A stretch of 64,000 nucleotides of DNA from Felis catus (Eukaryota), in the NCBI RefSeq assembly GCF_018350175.1, contig NC_058369.1, positions 21,888,001 through 21,952,000 of the forward strand. Direction: 5' to 3'. Below the pieces are notes generated by a model. It had not been told where the DNA came from. It searched no databases and was given only the letters and a program-made list of their open reading frames with translations. Both the position numbers and the translations under genes were made by a program. Positions 25,245 to 37,639 of the stretch are shown here, in pieces. How positions within the stretch are numbered: the stretch's first letter is position 1; each line of letters opens with the position of its first letter.

Positions 25245-25484
25245 TTTTTAAATTTTAATTAATTAAAAATTGTTTAGTGCTTATTTATTTTTGAGAGAGA
25301 GAGAGACAGTGTGTGAGTGGGGGAGGGTCAGAGAGAGAGACACACACACACACAGAATACAAAGCAGGCTCTTGGCTCTGAGCTGTCAGCACAGAACCTG
25401 ACATGGGGCTTGAACTCACAAACCCTGAGATCATGACCTGAGCCAAAGCTGGCCTCTTAACTGACTGAGCCACCCAGGAGCCCC
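25245..25484 (-). mobile_element. CanSINE
   Basis: Ends gagccacccaggagcccc. Confidence 0.93.
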
Positions 25485-26373
25485 TAATTTTTATTTTTTT
25501 AAATTTATTATTTCCTCTGCTATATTTTGGATCTGGATGTAAAGCCCTCTCCCTATCATCCTCACTGCCATCAGTATGCCAGAAGCAGGGGACTAACTCC
25601 CGCAGCCGTGGCAGGATGCCTTACACCGCACAAAGCGGCTGGGGTCTAGCAAAGGCCGGGGTTGCTCTGCTGACTTCTCAGGAATTTAGAGGACAAGGTG
25701 ACCAAGTGTTGGTATTTGGTGTATGGTGTTCTTTTTCCTATTAATCGTTATCAATAAGGGGTTTGTTAATTTTGCATTTTCTCCTAAACATCCCTTGAGA
25801 GAAGATGGGCTTTACCTCCCCCCAGAAAGTGGAACCTGAGATACAGGCATGATTGACCTGCTCAAATCATGTAGGGAGTCATTGCAGTATTGGGACCCCA
25901 GGTGTCATGAACGGAAAGCGTCTCATCCACCCTCCCTGGTCCTCACTGTCTCCTCTCCTTTGAGAATTTCCTTCACCTCCTGGGTCAGTCCTGATCTCTC
26001 CCACCTCTTCCCTACAGAAGCCACTCTCCAGGCTGTTCTCTCTCACACCTTATATTGGGTTCCATTTCTACAATTAGACTGTAGGCTCCTGGAGCCCCTC
26101 AAGCAGAGTACAGCATGCAGGGGGCTTCTATGGTGATGCTTTTGCATCTTTCTGTCATCTCTACTAACCCTTCAAAAGGTATCTGTGTTTTATGTGTCTC
26201 ATCTTATACCAGAGAGTGACATTCCCAAAACACATTTGTCCATATTACAGTTACAATTGGCTGTTCTTGTGGCAAAGGCTCCTGTTTATGTTTCCTTATC
26301 TGAAGAGACAGTTCTCTTTTTGTGGGGTCTTAAAATACCTAAGGGAAAGACACAGAGTTAAGATATAGCTGGA

Positions 26374-26590
26374 GGGGGTGCCTGGGTGTTTCAGTCAGTT
26401 AAGTGCTCAACTTTGGCCCAGGTCATGATCTCATGGTTCATGGGTTAGAGTCCCGCATCGGGTTCTGCACTGACAGTGTGGAGCCTGCTTGGGATTCTTT
26501 CTCCCTCTCTCTCCCTCTCTCCCTGCCCCTCCCCCGCTCACTCACTCTCTCTTAAAATAAAGAAATAAACTTAAATATGTTATAAAAAAA
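26374..26590 (+). mobile_element. CanSINE
   Basis: ggggtgcctgggtgtttcagtcagttaag..A-rich tail. Confidence 0.93.
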
Positions 26591-26619
26591 AATATAACTG
26601 GAAAACACAGTTTCATTTC

Positions 26620-27200
26620 TTTTAAAATAATTATTACAAAAATTTTGATGCATAACTAAATGTGTGTATAAGTACACACACAAACATGTAAGTTATGAAG
26701 TTGAATAATAAAATAATACCAACGAGGCTGATACTCAATAAAACAAAACCAATACTTTTGAAACTACCTCTGAATTTCTTCTTAATTTCATTTCTGTGTT
26801 TCCCTATCCTCACCTCAGTGAACCACTAGCTGGAATTTGGTGTTTATCATTTTCTTACTTTTCTTTATAATCTTCATACGTGGCTATACACCACAAAACA
26901 ATATATTGTTTACTTTTACATTTCTGGACTTCAGATAATTTCTATCATGCAGTATATTTTTTGGTATTTGATTTTTTTTTTTTTACGCCTAGCATATTTT
27001 TCAGATTTAAATGTTACTGTGTGTAGCTGTAGTTCATTGATTGTCCCTGCAGTGTAACATTCCATTGTGTGAATATTCTACAGAGTTTTGACCATTCTTC
27101 TGTTGGTTGACTCTTTGGTCGTTTCCAGGTTTTTACTGAGAATGCTGCTGGAACATTCTGATCCATGTCTCTTGGTACAGATGTGCAAGACTTTTTCTAA
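26620..27200 (-). mobile_element. Old L1 (L1ME-like) 3' UTR
   Basis: tgtgtgtagctgtagttcatt..ttccattgtgtgaatat..atgctgctggaacattct. Confidence 0.65.
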
Positions 27201-27204
27201 GATA

Positions 27205-27530
27205 TCTGACAGTTCTGCTTTGATTTACTCTCAGATCTAATTCTTGACCTTCTGCTGTTCTGCTTTATCCTGCAGGAGGCTGATTCCTTATGTTTCAGAC
27301 TTTGTGTCAGCTGGGTTGGGCAGATGGGAGGCACTGGGTGGTGGGGGAGATTGGAGGGCACAAGGAAGAGAGAAACCAGGTATTTCTCTCCTCTTTCTGT
27401 CTTGAGTGGTGTTTCTGGGGCAGTGGCTTGAGCTTCTGGACAGGCCACTGTGGTTCTAGCTTCTGTTAGGCAACTGTGGTCCACATGTTTCTATAACATT
27501 GCTTCCTCCCTTTGTCCCTCTTGCCTGGGA
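27205..27530 (+). mobile_element. ERV-L solo LTR (LTR33-like)
   Basis: gggttgggcagatgggaggcactgg..gagattggaggg..ccaggtatttctctcc resembles recalled LTR33. Confidence 0.6.
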
Positions 27531-27534
27531 CTCA

Positions 27535-27665
27535 TCAAACTTTTCCTATAAAGATAGTAAATATTTTAGCTTTGAAATCCATACAGTCTCTGTTGGAACT
27601 ACTCAATTCTGTAAACGGGTATGGCTGTGTTCTAATAAACCTTTACTTCCAAAAACCGGACCACA
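27535..27665 (+). mobile_element. hAT-Charlie MITE fragment (MER58A-like)
   Basis: caaacttttcctataaagatagtaaatattttag..actactcaattctg..tggctgtgttctaataaacctttac. Confidence 0.7.
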
Positions 27666-27872
27666 CATATACAGACTGATAATTGTTCTGTCAATTCCTG
27701 AGGCTCAGTTTACTTTTCTGGAATTTTATTCTTTCTTTTTTTTCTTTTTCTGGTTGTTGCTTTGTTTTTCTGCATATCCCTTTGAAGGAGTTAATGTTTT
27801 CTGTTTATGTTATAAAATTAGCCTTGGGTAAATATCATCCATTCCCTGAATTTCTTTCTTTTTTCCTCATCT

Positions 27873-28675
27873 ATTTTTTAAATTTTAACTCCAGTATATG
27901 AACACGCAGTGTTATATTAGTTTCAGGTGTACAATAGAGTGATTCAACAGTTCCGTGTATTAGTTAGTGCTCATCAAGTTAATGCACTCTTAATCCCTTT
28001 CACTATTTCACCCATCTCCCCCACCCACCTCCCCTCTGGTAGCCATCTGTTTGTTCTCTATAGTTAAGAGTCTGTTTTTTTGGTTTCTCTTTCTCTTTTA
28101 CTTTCTTTTCCCTTTGTTCATTTGTTTTGTTTCTTAAATTCCACATAAGAGTGAAATCATATGGTATTTTTCTTTCTCTGATTAACTTACTTGATTTAGC
28201 ATTATACTCTTTAGCTCTATCCATGTTGTTGCTAATGGCAAGATTTCATTCTTTTTTAAGGGCTGAGTAATATTCCATTGTATAGATATACCACATCTTC
28301 TTTGTCCATTCATTCATCAATGGACACGGGCTGCTTACGTAATTTGGTTATTGTAAATAATGCTGCAATAAACATAGGGTGCAGGTATCCCTCTGAATTA
28401 CTGTTTTTGTATTTTTTGGGTGAATACCCAGTAGCACAATTACTGGATCATAGGGTAGTTCTATTTTTTTTGAGGAACCTCCATATTTTCCACAGTGGCT
28501 GCACCAGTTTTCATTCCCACCAACAGTGCATGAGTGCTCCTTTCTCTCCACATCCTTGTCAATACTTGTTGTTTCTTGAATTTTTTATTTTAGCCATTCT
28601 GAGAGATGTGAGGTGAGATCTCATTGTGTTTTTGATCTGCATTTCCCTGATGATCAGTGACATTGAGCATCCCTT
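27873..28675 (-). mobile_element. 5'-truncated carnivore L1 (L1_Carn-like)
   Basis: ORF2 end peptide (KKIELPYDPVIVLLGIHPKNTKTVIQRDTCT) plus carnivore 3' UTR. Confidence 0.9.
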
Positions 28676-28679
28676 ATTC

Positions 28680-29900
28680 TTTTCATTTTTAAGATTAGAT
28701 AATTTTTATTGATCTGTCTTCAAGTTTGCTAATACTTTCTTCTATCAAGCCCATCTAGTGAAATTCAGTTACTGTTCTTCTCAATTTTTGAATTTCCATT
28801 TAGTTTTAAAAATTGTTTTCTTGCTGACATTCTCTGTCCGCTCACTCAGTGGGACCATATGTTCTGTTAACTCCTGGAACATACTTATAGCTGCTTAAAG
28901 TTGTCTGCTAAATCCAACATCTATGCTACTTCAGGGTCACATTTTCCTATTCCTTTGCATGTCTAATAGTTTTGAATTGTATACTGGAAATTGTTCCTGA
29001 TATATTTTAGAGAACCTGGATTTTGTTATCTTTATCTGAAGGGTAATGATTTTTATTCTAGCAGGCAGTTCAACTACTTGCAGGTCACCTTGAATTTATG
29101 CAGAATTAGTTTCATGCTTTGTTAGGATGGATCTGTGCAAAGCCCATATCTGTGGCAAGCCCACCCACACCCCCTCAAACTTGGCATGACTCAAACTCCA
29201 AAACTATGTCTCCCCCGCAGACCTTGTCAAGGCTGCTGAGCGATCTTTTTCTTATTACTGTTTACATATTCTGGGTACAAATCCTTTGTTCCTCAGATGT
29301 GTTGCAGATACAGCCTCTCAGACTATGGCTTGCCTTTTCATTTCCTTTATGATATCTTGGTGGGTAGATTACCAATTAACTAGTTAAATTAGTTATTAAT
29401 TTTAATGCAGTAAAAATGTTCAAATTTTTAAAAAATGTTAGCACTTTCCTCCTCTTCTTTAAAAAATCTTTTTCTATCCCAATGTCATAAAGATAATTAT
29501 TTTCTGAAAATGTGTTTGCCCTTCCCAGTTAAGTCTTTAAGGAATTGATTTTTATACCTGGTGTAAAATAGAAATCCAATTTAATTTTTCTGTGTAGATA
29601 ACCCATTGTCTTAGCACCATTATAGCCCATTTTCCCCCTATGTGATCTACAATGTCACTTTTGAGATATAGTACATTTCTATACATGCATGCCAGGTTGT
29701 CCTTATTCTGTTCTACTGCTTACTTTCTCTATCTGTGTACCAATAAACATGACCTTAATTACTATAATTTTCCAAGTCTTGACACCTGGTGAGAAAGTCT
29801 TCTCATATTATTTTCTTTCAGGGGTGTTTGGCTATGTTTTGACCTTTGCATTTCTATATATATACTTTAGAATCAGCTTGTCGTATTCCTATTTATTGGG
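28680..29900 (-). mobile_element. Old L1 relics
   Basis: T-rich degenerate L1M motifs (ttgatctgtcttcaagtttgctaat..ttagaatcagcttgtc). Confidence 0.55.
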
Positions 29901-30886
29901 GACCTATCATGTTTTCAACTAAAGAAAAGTGGTTTAAGAATATGTAATATGGCCTTCATTTATAACTAGCTTACATGCAAATTGCAGAGAGGATGAATAT
30001 ACATGAAATTGTGAATAGTGTAAGGCGGTACGGAAAGTGCAGGATTGCATGAAACGTATCAGTAGATACGAGGAACCTTGAACAGAGTCAGATGACGAAG
30101 GTGGAAGAGATTAGAGACATCTCAGACGAAGTGATAGGCCTTGAAAGGAGAGATGAAGAGGAGAAGGAGAGGCATGTTCAGAGGTGATAGAAATAAAACT
30201 TACCTGAGTGTTAATGTATCCGTTTACAAAGTACTTTCACATATACATATAGTATCTCACTCGGTCCTCAAAGAATACTATCAGGCAGGACAGGTAATAT
30301 TCTTATTTTAGGGGACATATGGGGAACGTGATTTGCCTGAGAATTCAGTTTGCAAATGCAAGGCCGGACTTCAAACCAGATCTTCTGCTTCTAGGCCAGA
30401 GTTCTCTCCGTGTTGTATCCCCTTGTCACTCCATTTATAAGAATGGTTTCTCAAGAAAGCCAGGAGACCTGGAATTGGGGGTCTGTGTTATGCATGTGTC
30501 TTCTCCCTTACTTAGAACATGTTAGGAAGCAGGACATGTTTGATCTGAGACCCTGTGTAAGGCTTTTAGCCTACCTGGGGCCCTGCGGAGGAGATTGGGG
30601 GGAGGGAACACAGTAAGAGGGGCAGATAAGAATCACACAGTCTCAAAAAGATCTTGCATACCTCTTAGGAAATTAAATTTAATATAGGATCAGTTACATT
30701 AACACAGTGGCTCTATTATAACAGGCTTGTTGTTTTTCCTTAAAAAGAATGTCACAAAGTAATTACATATTTTTATCAGGCAAAATTTGGGGTTACTATA
30801 ATTTGCTCTGAGCTTACATCTGGCACCATATCATTTTGAATGCAGAAGTTTCCAATGCAAAATCGCTGAAGCTGGCAAGGTTTCTA

Positions 30887-31383
30887 CAGATGTCCCCCAG
30901 TTTTTGAAAGTTCACATTATGTCATTTCACTCTTATGAAAAACCTACATCAGTACCTGTTTTCACCAACCAAAGAAACCAAAGAGGATTTTCGCTTTTAT
31001 GAAAAAAGGCAGAAAGCAAAAATAGCATTCAGCGTTGGGTTGCAGCAAGCCCTTAGAAAGGCAATGTGCACCCGTGCAGTGAGCGGCCCACCGAGCTCCT
31101 CCTTCTCAGGGAACCACACTCAGCATCTCAGCATCAGGCTACCGGAGCTTTGAACCGTGTCTGTGAGCATCTGTGCTTTATCTTGATTTATTTTGTGCAT
31201 CTCTTAGCAAGATGTGTCCCAAGGTATCAGAAAAATTGAAGAGAGGTTATCTTTTTGGGTCTGGGAATGCTCAAAATTTTTCCATATAAATTAATAATCA
31301 TTGCTTCTTTTTTTTCCCTTGACATGTTGGCTTATAAGAGGTTTCATAAAAATGCTCTACTTTCAGATAGCGGGGGAAACATG
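30887..31383. mobile_element. Non-autonomous Tc1/mariner (Tigger-like) DNA transposon, 497 bp
   Basis: TA on both sides; imperfect TIRs cagatgtcccccagtttttgaaagt versus revcomp catgtttcccccgctatctgaaagt. Confidence 0.75.
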
Positions 31384-31859
31384 TACTCATTTCCAGCAAT
31401 TTCCCTTCATCTTTCCCCAAACCATCAATTTTCAAGGCCCATCTGGTATTCAGAGCCCTCTTGAAGACTCTCCTTCACTTCTAAGTCACACTAGTGCTCA
31501 AGAATGAATGTGAACTGATTCATGCTGGGTAAACTGGTTTATGATAAGTTATTTTGAGATCTTTCAGGAGCACCTTCATCTAGCTGAAGCAAAGCTATAA
31601 GCTGAAGAGATAAAGGTGTGCAGTGATGGGCTTTCTAGCAGTCACCACTGTTGGGAGACCGGTGGGTGGCACAATCAGAGAGAAAATGTTTGTGTTAGTC
31701 CATTAGTTGTATCTGAAGTCACACCAAATTAGCAAGTATTTATTGAGTGCCTACGAAATGCAAATCAGCAGACTTTTACCGAATACTACAAAATGTCTCA
31801 TTATGGGAAATGTGGCTTGATCTCAGGAGATTTAGGGTCTATTGGAGATGATGTAAATT

Positions 31860-32045
31860 GGGAATTCTTAATTTGGGGTTCAGATATTTCATGAGCTATC
31901 TGAAGTTTATGCAGTATTTTATGCATATGTGTGTATGTGTGCACTTATTTTGCACACTCACACACACATGCATTTTTAGGAACCATTCATCAGAATCTCA
32001 AAAGGGGCCTATAGCTCCCCACAAATGGTTAAAAATAACCGGCAT
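31860..32045 (+). mobile_element. hAT-Charlie-type MITE relic
   Basis: ttcttaatttggggt..ttcatcagaatctcaaaaggggcct..atggttaaaaataacc pattern. Confidence 0.5.
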
Positions 32046-32449
32046 TGTTCTCTATTCTGTCCACATATCGATCCAGGACTATGGTAGGAGTCGACTCATT
32101 GTCTTCTCAAACAGGGGTGTCACGGTCAGGATTTGGAATGACAGTTCAAGGGGCCTCCAGCTTTGCCATTGCTGCAGGTTAGGTCGGGAAGCTGCGGACT
32201 CTGTGACTGAGATTACCATTCAGGACATTTAATAGGGGGTGATTTGGGGATTAACACGTGTAAAAGGGAAGGGGAGAAAGCAGGACTGGGTAGAGGGAGA
32301 AGCTGAGCTTTGATGGTGGCTCAGAGGACACCGCAGGGGGTACATGGGGAGCTCTGAAGCTGGTGCCCTTCACTGGGGCTTAGCCTTTACCCCTTACTCT
32401 GATCAGCCATTGGCTGTGGACTTTGACAATAAGGAAGTATGGCCTGAGC

Positions 32450-32621
32450 TCATGCATGAGCAGGGGAAGGGGCAGAGAGAGGGAGAGAGAGAGAATCCCA
32501 AGCAGGCTCCATGCTGTCAGCAGGAGCCTGTCACGGGGCTTGATCTCACGAACCATGAGATCATGACCTGAGCCGAAATCAAGAGTCGGATGCTTAGCTG
32601 ACTGAGCCACCCAGGCAACCC
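32450..32621 (-). mobile_element. Tail-less CanSINE inside ERV-L LTR
   Basis: SINE body ending gagccacccaggcaaccc; T-rich tail absent. Confidence 0.9.
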
Positions 32622-32830
32622 TGGAGAGCATGTGTCTTAACAAGTCCTCCAGCAGACTAGCCAATTGTCCATCTGGTCCGGCTGGCATAATAGTCATCTC
32701 TGTAGAGAGTCAGCGTGGTATTCTGTGGGGTTTGCAGCCAGACCATCAGGTCTTTTCAGAGGATAGGAGATTTATGTAGCTCTGGGGCAAGGCTATGAAT
32801 ATATGCTGTATACAAGTGCATACTTGTATA

Positions 32831-33199
32831 CTATAAGTGCATACTATTGTTTGTTCTAAGTGAGTGTGAGCTGTTTTTGACTTCTTTTCTGAGACAGCTA
32901 GAAAAGAATGCAGTGTCCAAGTTGGACCACATACCCGAGGCCCTTTTCATCTGCTCTACCAAAGATAGCACATCTGGCCCAATAGTGGGGATACTACTTG
33001 GCTGAATTTGCAATAGTCTACTTCCATCCTCCAGGATTTGTGTGATTTTTTGAAGGAGCCAGTCAGGTGGATTAAATGAAGACATGATGGGGACCACCCT
33101 TTCTGCATCCTGTAGCCCTTTAAGGGTGGCATCCATTTTTGCCATTTCCCCTGGATATAATTTATTTGGATTTACTATCTTGGCTTGTTTGTAAGCCAA
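32831..33199 (-). pseudogene. ERV-L pol (RT N-terminal) remnant, frameshifted
   Basis: KIVN..PG..ATLKGLQDAERVVPIMSSFNPPDW..PDVLSLVEQM..AFFS matches recalled ERV-L RT start (KIVNQKQY.IPGG..ATIKDLKDAGVVIPTTSPFNSPIW..PDVVSLLEQI..DLANAFFS). Confidence 0.8.
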
Positions 33200-33638
33200 G
33201 GGTTGGGAATCAGTTTTGGACGTTTAAATCCCCCCCCCCCCCCCGCCCACCAACTGTGACAGCTCTTACCCCACTGATGTGGATCAGAGAACTGATTGCT
33301 ATGTGGATTGCAGACACAGAGGGCTTTCTGTGAATGGGGCCAGGGCCAGAACTCCAGTTGTTACCTAAGTCCATTAGGACCCCACTGTAATGGGGAGCGT
33401 TGGTGTTTTTGGTCTCTGGAAATTAATGTAAAAAATTTGGCCCTTGTGTCCACCAGTCCTTTTGGGTGGTCCCCTTTCCTCAGTGTGTAGTTATATGAGT
33501 AATGGCTTCAGGACTATTTGGGAAGGAAATGGAGGGAAACATTTCCAGGAATACTTACTGTGGTCTTACAGGATCCTTCCATTTGAGGGTCTGGCTTCTT
33601 CTTCAGGGAATTATTCCTGTGTCTAAAAACTGGCTTAG

Positions 33639-34158
33639 CAGCATCATTTACTATTGTCAAATTATGGAAGCATCCCAAGTGTCCATTGATTCATTAATGG
33701 ATAAAGAAGAAGTGGTATATATTTACAATGGAATATTACTCAGCCATCAAAAAGAACGAAATCTTGCCATTTGCAATGATGTGGATGGAGCCAGAGAGTA
33801 TTATGCTAAGTGGAATAAGTCAGGCAGAGAAAGAAAAATATCATATAATTTCACTCATATGTGAAATTTAAGAAACAAAACTAATGCACAAAGGGGAAAA
33901 AAAGAGAGAGAGAGAGGGAAACCAAGAAACACTCTTAACTGTAGAGAACAAACTGATGGTTACAAGATGAGAGGTGGGTGGGGTGATGGGTTAAGTAGGT
34001 GATGGGGATTAAGCAGTGCACTTGTGATGAGCACTGACCAGTGCTTGTATGGAAGTGTTGAATCACTATATTGTACACCAGATATTAATATTACACTGTA
34101 TGTTAACTAACTGGAATTTAAATAAAAACTTAAATAAAATAACACAAAATTAAAAAAA
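33639..34158 (+). mobile_element. 5'-truncated carnivore L1 inserted in the ERV-L
   Basis: ORF2 end + 3' UTR + A tail; TSD aaaa(a/c)ctggcttag. Confidence 0.9.
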
Positions 34159-37100
34159 AACCTGGCTTAGGTTCAGAAACTAGGCAAGGGACCTTAACAT
34201 TTTTGGGGAACAATGGCCCTCAACCTCCTCATTGTGTAGACTTGATTTCTTTTGATTTTACAGTCTGAGCAATACTCTTGTTGGCATCCTATTTATTTGT
34301 CCCCAGGGAATATTGTGTTCTAGAATCACCTCCACAACTCGGTGTCCTGGGCCTGTGGGCTGCCCTCACAACCCCACCACTCACTGTATGCTTGTGTCCA
34401 CCTGCCTTCTGGCAGCCCAGCCTTTTTTTTGCAGCAGCAAGGTGGGGTTCCAGGGTTGGGTCCCATGATCCTCATCCTCACCGCTATCAATAAATTCAGC
34501 ATTGCAATGACATCTCTACTGTGGTCCCTGTGCCAAGAAGGCAGCCACAGTTGAACTTCTTTGCTCTGGTAAGTGGTATGTCCTCTGGTGGGTTTTCTGC
34601 CCTTGCATGGTATATCCACTGTGGTACCCCCCCCCCCCCGCCCCCCAACCAGCTGTTTCATCCTTATTCTGTTATCTGCCACCATTAGTTCTGGAATTTC
34701 TACTTCACTTAGTGTGGCCCTTTGCCTTTTCTATGCTTCTAGGAATCATCCTAGTAAAGCACGTGCACCGTCTCCCGGGATCCTTGCCAGGGTGTTATAT
34801 CACGTATCCCAGGAGAGCACTCCCAAAGCGATAAACCCTCCATTATTGAGCCTTATGTTCTGCCTTCCTTGGTGGAGCATTCTCAGGATCCAGGCCATGT
34901 GTACCCTCCTCACTCCTGTGGCCACAAATGTCCCGCCTCTCCCTTGTGGTGTGGTCTCCTGTGGCCCCGCCAGCGTGCCTCCACTTAAGGCCATAGCCAT
35001 CCAATTTCATTATCCTTATTGTCACTATGTTGCCTATATTTCTCCAATTCCTGGTACATTACACCAGCCAGTGCTGTTCTTTCCACCAGTGTACCACCCC
35101 ATTCCACCACAGTTAAGAATTTTAACAATTACGTTGCTACCTTGTGCCACCTAGTGCCACACAGTCCCACCAGTGATGGGATCCTCACTGTCAACTGTGT
35201 GATCCAGCTCCCAAATCCTGACCTACTGTCAGCTTTCTCAGACTACATCTGGTGCCAGTTGGAGATTAGCATACTTATTAGGAGTTGCTCTTAGGATCCT
35301 GTGGACCCTGTGGAAGTGAAGGGAAATTGAGCTGAGATGCAGTCTGGGTAGCAGCCTCAGCTGACCCTGGAGGGAGTTCAGAAGCTGGGGTGGCATGACC
35401 CTTTAAGATTGTCCCAAGTTGGGGCAAGAGGGCTGAGTCTTTAAACCCCCATATCAAAGAGTCATTGGATTCAGGATACTTTGGTAAGGGGCCTTGACCT
35501 TGGCAATGTGGCTGTGTGAGCTGAGGTGATTTGTGTAGAGGCTGACAGCTGAGGGCTTTTTGCTGGTGGCCCACCTAGGAGCTGGGAGAGACTTTTATCC
35601 CAAAAGCAATACCTGTGTAGAGCGTCACAGCTTCCAGTACAGTCAGTAGTTAGGATTTAAAAAATCTTGAATGTGACATCCCCTGATCTCATCTGCCTTT
35701 GTTGATGAAATTATCTTAGTAGTGATTTCTTAGTGATTATCTTAGTAGTAAAGAGTAAGCCATAAATTTAAAGACTAAATGCTCTTTAGGGTGAGGCAAG
35801 CTCGTAGGGAAGTGAGAACAACAGGGTTTGACTTTGTGACCTTGAGCAAACTCCTTCATCTTTGAGCCTCCTTTCTCTGGACTAGGACGCCAATCCCTGC
35901 TTACTTTCTGTTGGTTGAGAATCTTATTAGCCATGAGACAGTATATTTGAATGAGGTACCTCTGATTTTAAAGCTTCAGCCAACCGAATACGGTTTCCTG
36001 TGCACTGTTACAAGTGATAAGTGAATGGAAGGATCCCTCTTTTCCAAAAGAGTTTCCCTGCACAAAAAGCTCATGTCACTGGAAGTCTTTTCAGGGTTCT
36101 ACAGTCTTGGGAAAGGAGGCATACTAGGTTGTTGTCACTCATTCACACCCTAGGACATGGAGGAGCCTCCAGATGTGAAGAGAGGGGTAGGGGCCCCAGG
36201 AGGGAGCAAGGTGTGTGTTGAAAATATGCTGCCCAGCTCTGGCTGTCTACCGATGTTTGCCTCACTGGCTAGGCTAACTAGGCTGGGCTGGCTGCTGCTC
36301 ACTGGATTGCTCTGCTGGGAGCTTGGAGCTCTCCTACGGCAACATAGGAGCGTGCCTATTTTTCTAGTTAGATTCCAAGTCATCGAGTGTTTCACTCAAG
36401 TCCTACTGAGTTGCACAGAAATCCGAGTTCCTCCGTGGTCTCTGGATCCTAAGCGCTGCCAGCCGTGTGAGCAAGGAACCATGCAGGTACCAGCACCGTC
36501 CGCAGTCTACTGAGTAGAAATTGAGTGGCTAAAGAGAACTGATAAAAGGCAGTTTCCACATCTACCTCATTCATCATTTCTAGTGTTTTAGATTATAGCG
36601 AGTGCCCTCCATTCAATCACTCCTCATCTCCTGGCAGGAGGTAATAATGACACCTATTCTGGGCAGAGTGGATAATGATAAAATCCTCTGTGCCCACAAA
36701 GTGCCTTTCACCACGTTGCTCTGTGCTCACAGAGCTCAGCTAAAATGCAGCCTATGTTCGATTCAGTCTGCAGAGAAGCAGGCTCAGAGATGGCACGAGA
36801 CATGCAAAGAGATGTCTGTGGGGAGGGAGCGGGAGGAGGCAGGCATCCACGTGCAGGTCTGACAACTGAGGAAGGAGGCAGGGAAGGAAGCAGGGCTGTG
36901 TGAGGAGTCTTGGAAGGACCTCATCACCATGCTTGGTCATGGACTGGGGCTGAGGGTCAACTGCACTCACATAGCAGGAGATCTGAGCTGTGTGTTTCCA
37001 TGGCCACTGGCATCCACTCCTTGCCCTGCACAAATCTCTCCTCTTTACAGCTCAGGGAGCAGCTTCTTCATAGTCCCTGCCCATCTCTCTTCCTGAGGGC

Positions 37101-37639
37101 AGGGGAGGGGGGCTAGGAGAGGTTAATGGGATGAACAACACATTGCGGTTGGTCCCAGGTTCCCGGGGGCTCCCCTCCCCCTCCCCCTCCCATGCATTCC
37201 AAGTTCCCCTCACCCTCAGCCATCACTTTGGCAGGTCACAGTGACTTATTGGTATTGGGTCCCAAACCTCCGTCTCCAGGGTCTGAGCCCTTGGTAATCG
37301 TACCCTTCTCAGGCTGGAGTTGCTATGCCTATCTGTTTATCTGTTTACAGTTACAAGGGGATGAGGGAATACCAGCAGGCAGTGCCCCGGGGCCCCTGAG
37401 GAAAGGGCTACCAGCCCCTCCAGATCCTTTGCATATTCTCACCTCAGGCTACTTGCCAGCCTGTAAGACTGGGACCCTGTGGGGGAAGACCTCTTTGCTG
37501 GCATTCAAGGCCAACTCTGAATGTGGCTGCTATGCAGCTGCTGTCCATTTGCGGCTCATATCCACAAACAGCTTATGTCCAACATTGAAAAAAATTGACA
37601 TGTAATTCACATCCCATGTGGATTTGTAAGTTGTTCGTA

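Larger units (their letters stand above)
32170..35641 (-). mobile_element. Internally deleted ERV-L provirus with two LTR16C-like LTRs (3' LTR about 32170-32450, 5' LTR about 35260-35641)
   Basis: Both ends share LTR16C-like motifs (gagctctgaagctgg..ccctt; agtcattggat); 5' LTR starts TGTACTGG on - strand; gag/pro/RT remnants lie between. Confidence 0.8.

Noticed and set aside
31562..31622. Possible small exon tttcag|GAGCACC..ATAAAG|gtgtgc
   Set aside because: Short pyrimidine tract, weak donor, stop codons in the frames and no recognisable peptide.
34573..35154. Longest ORF in the track (193 aa, + strand)
   Set aside because: Lies antisense to the decayed ERV-L gag region, starts at GTG and has no recognisable domain; chance open frame.
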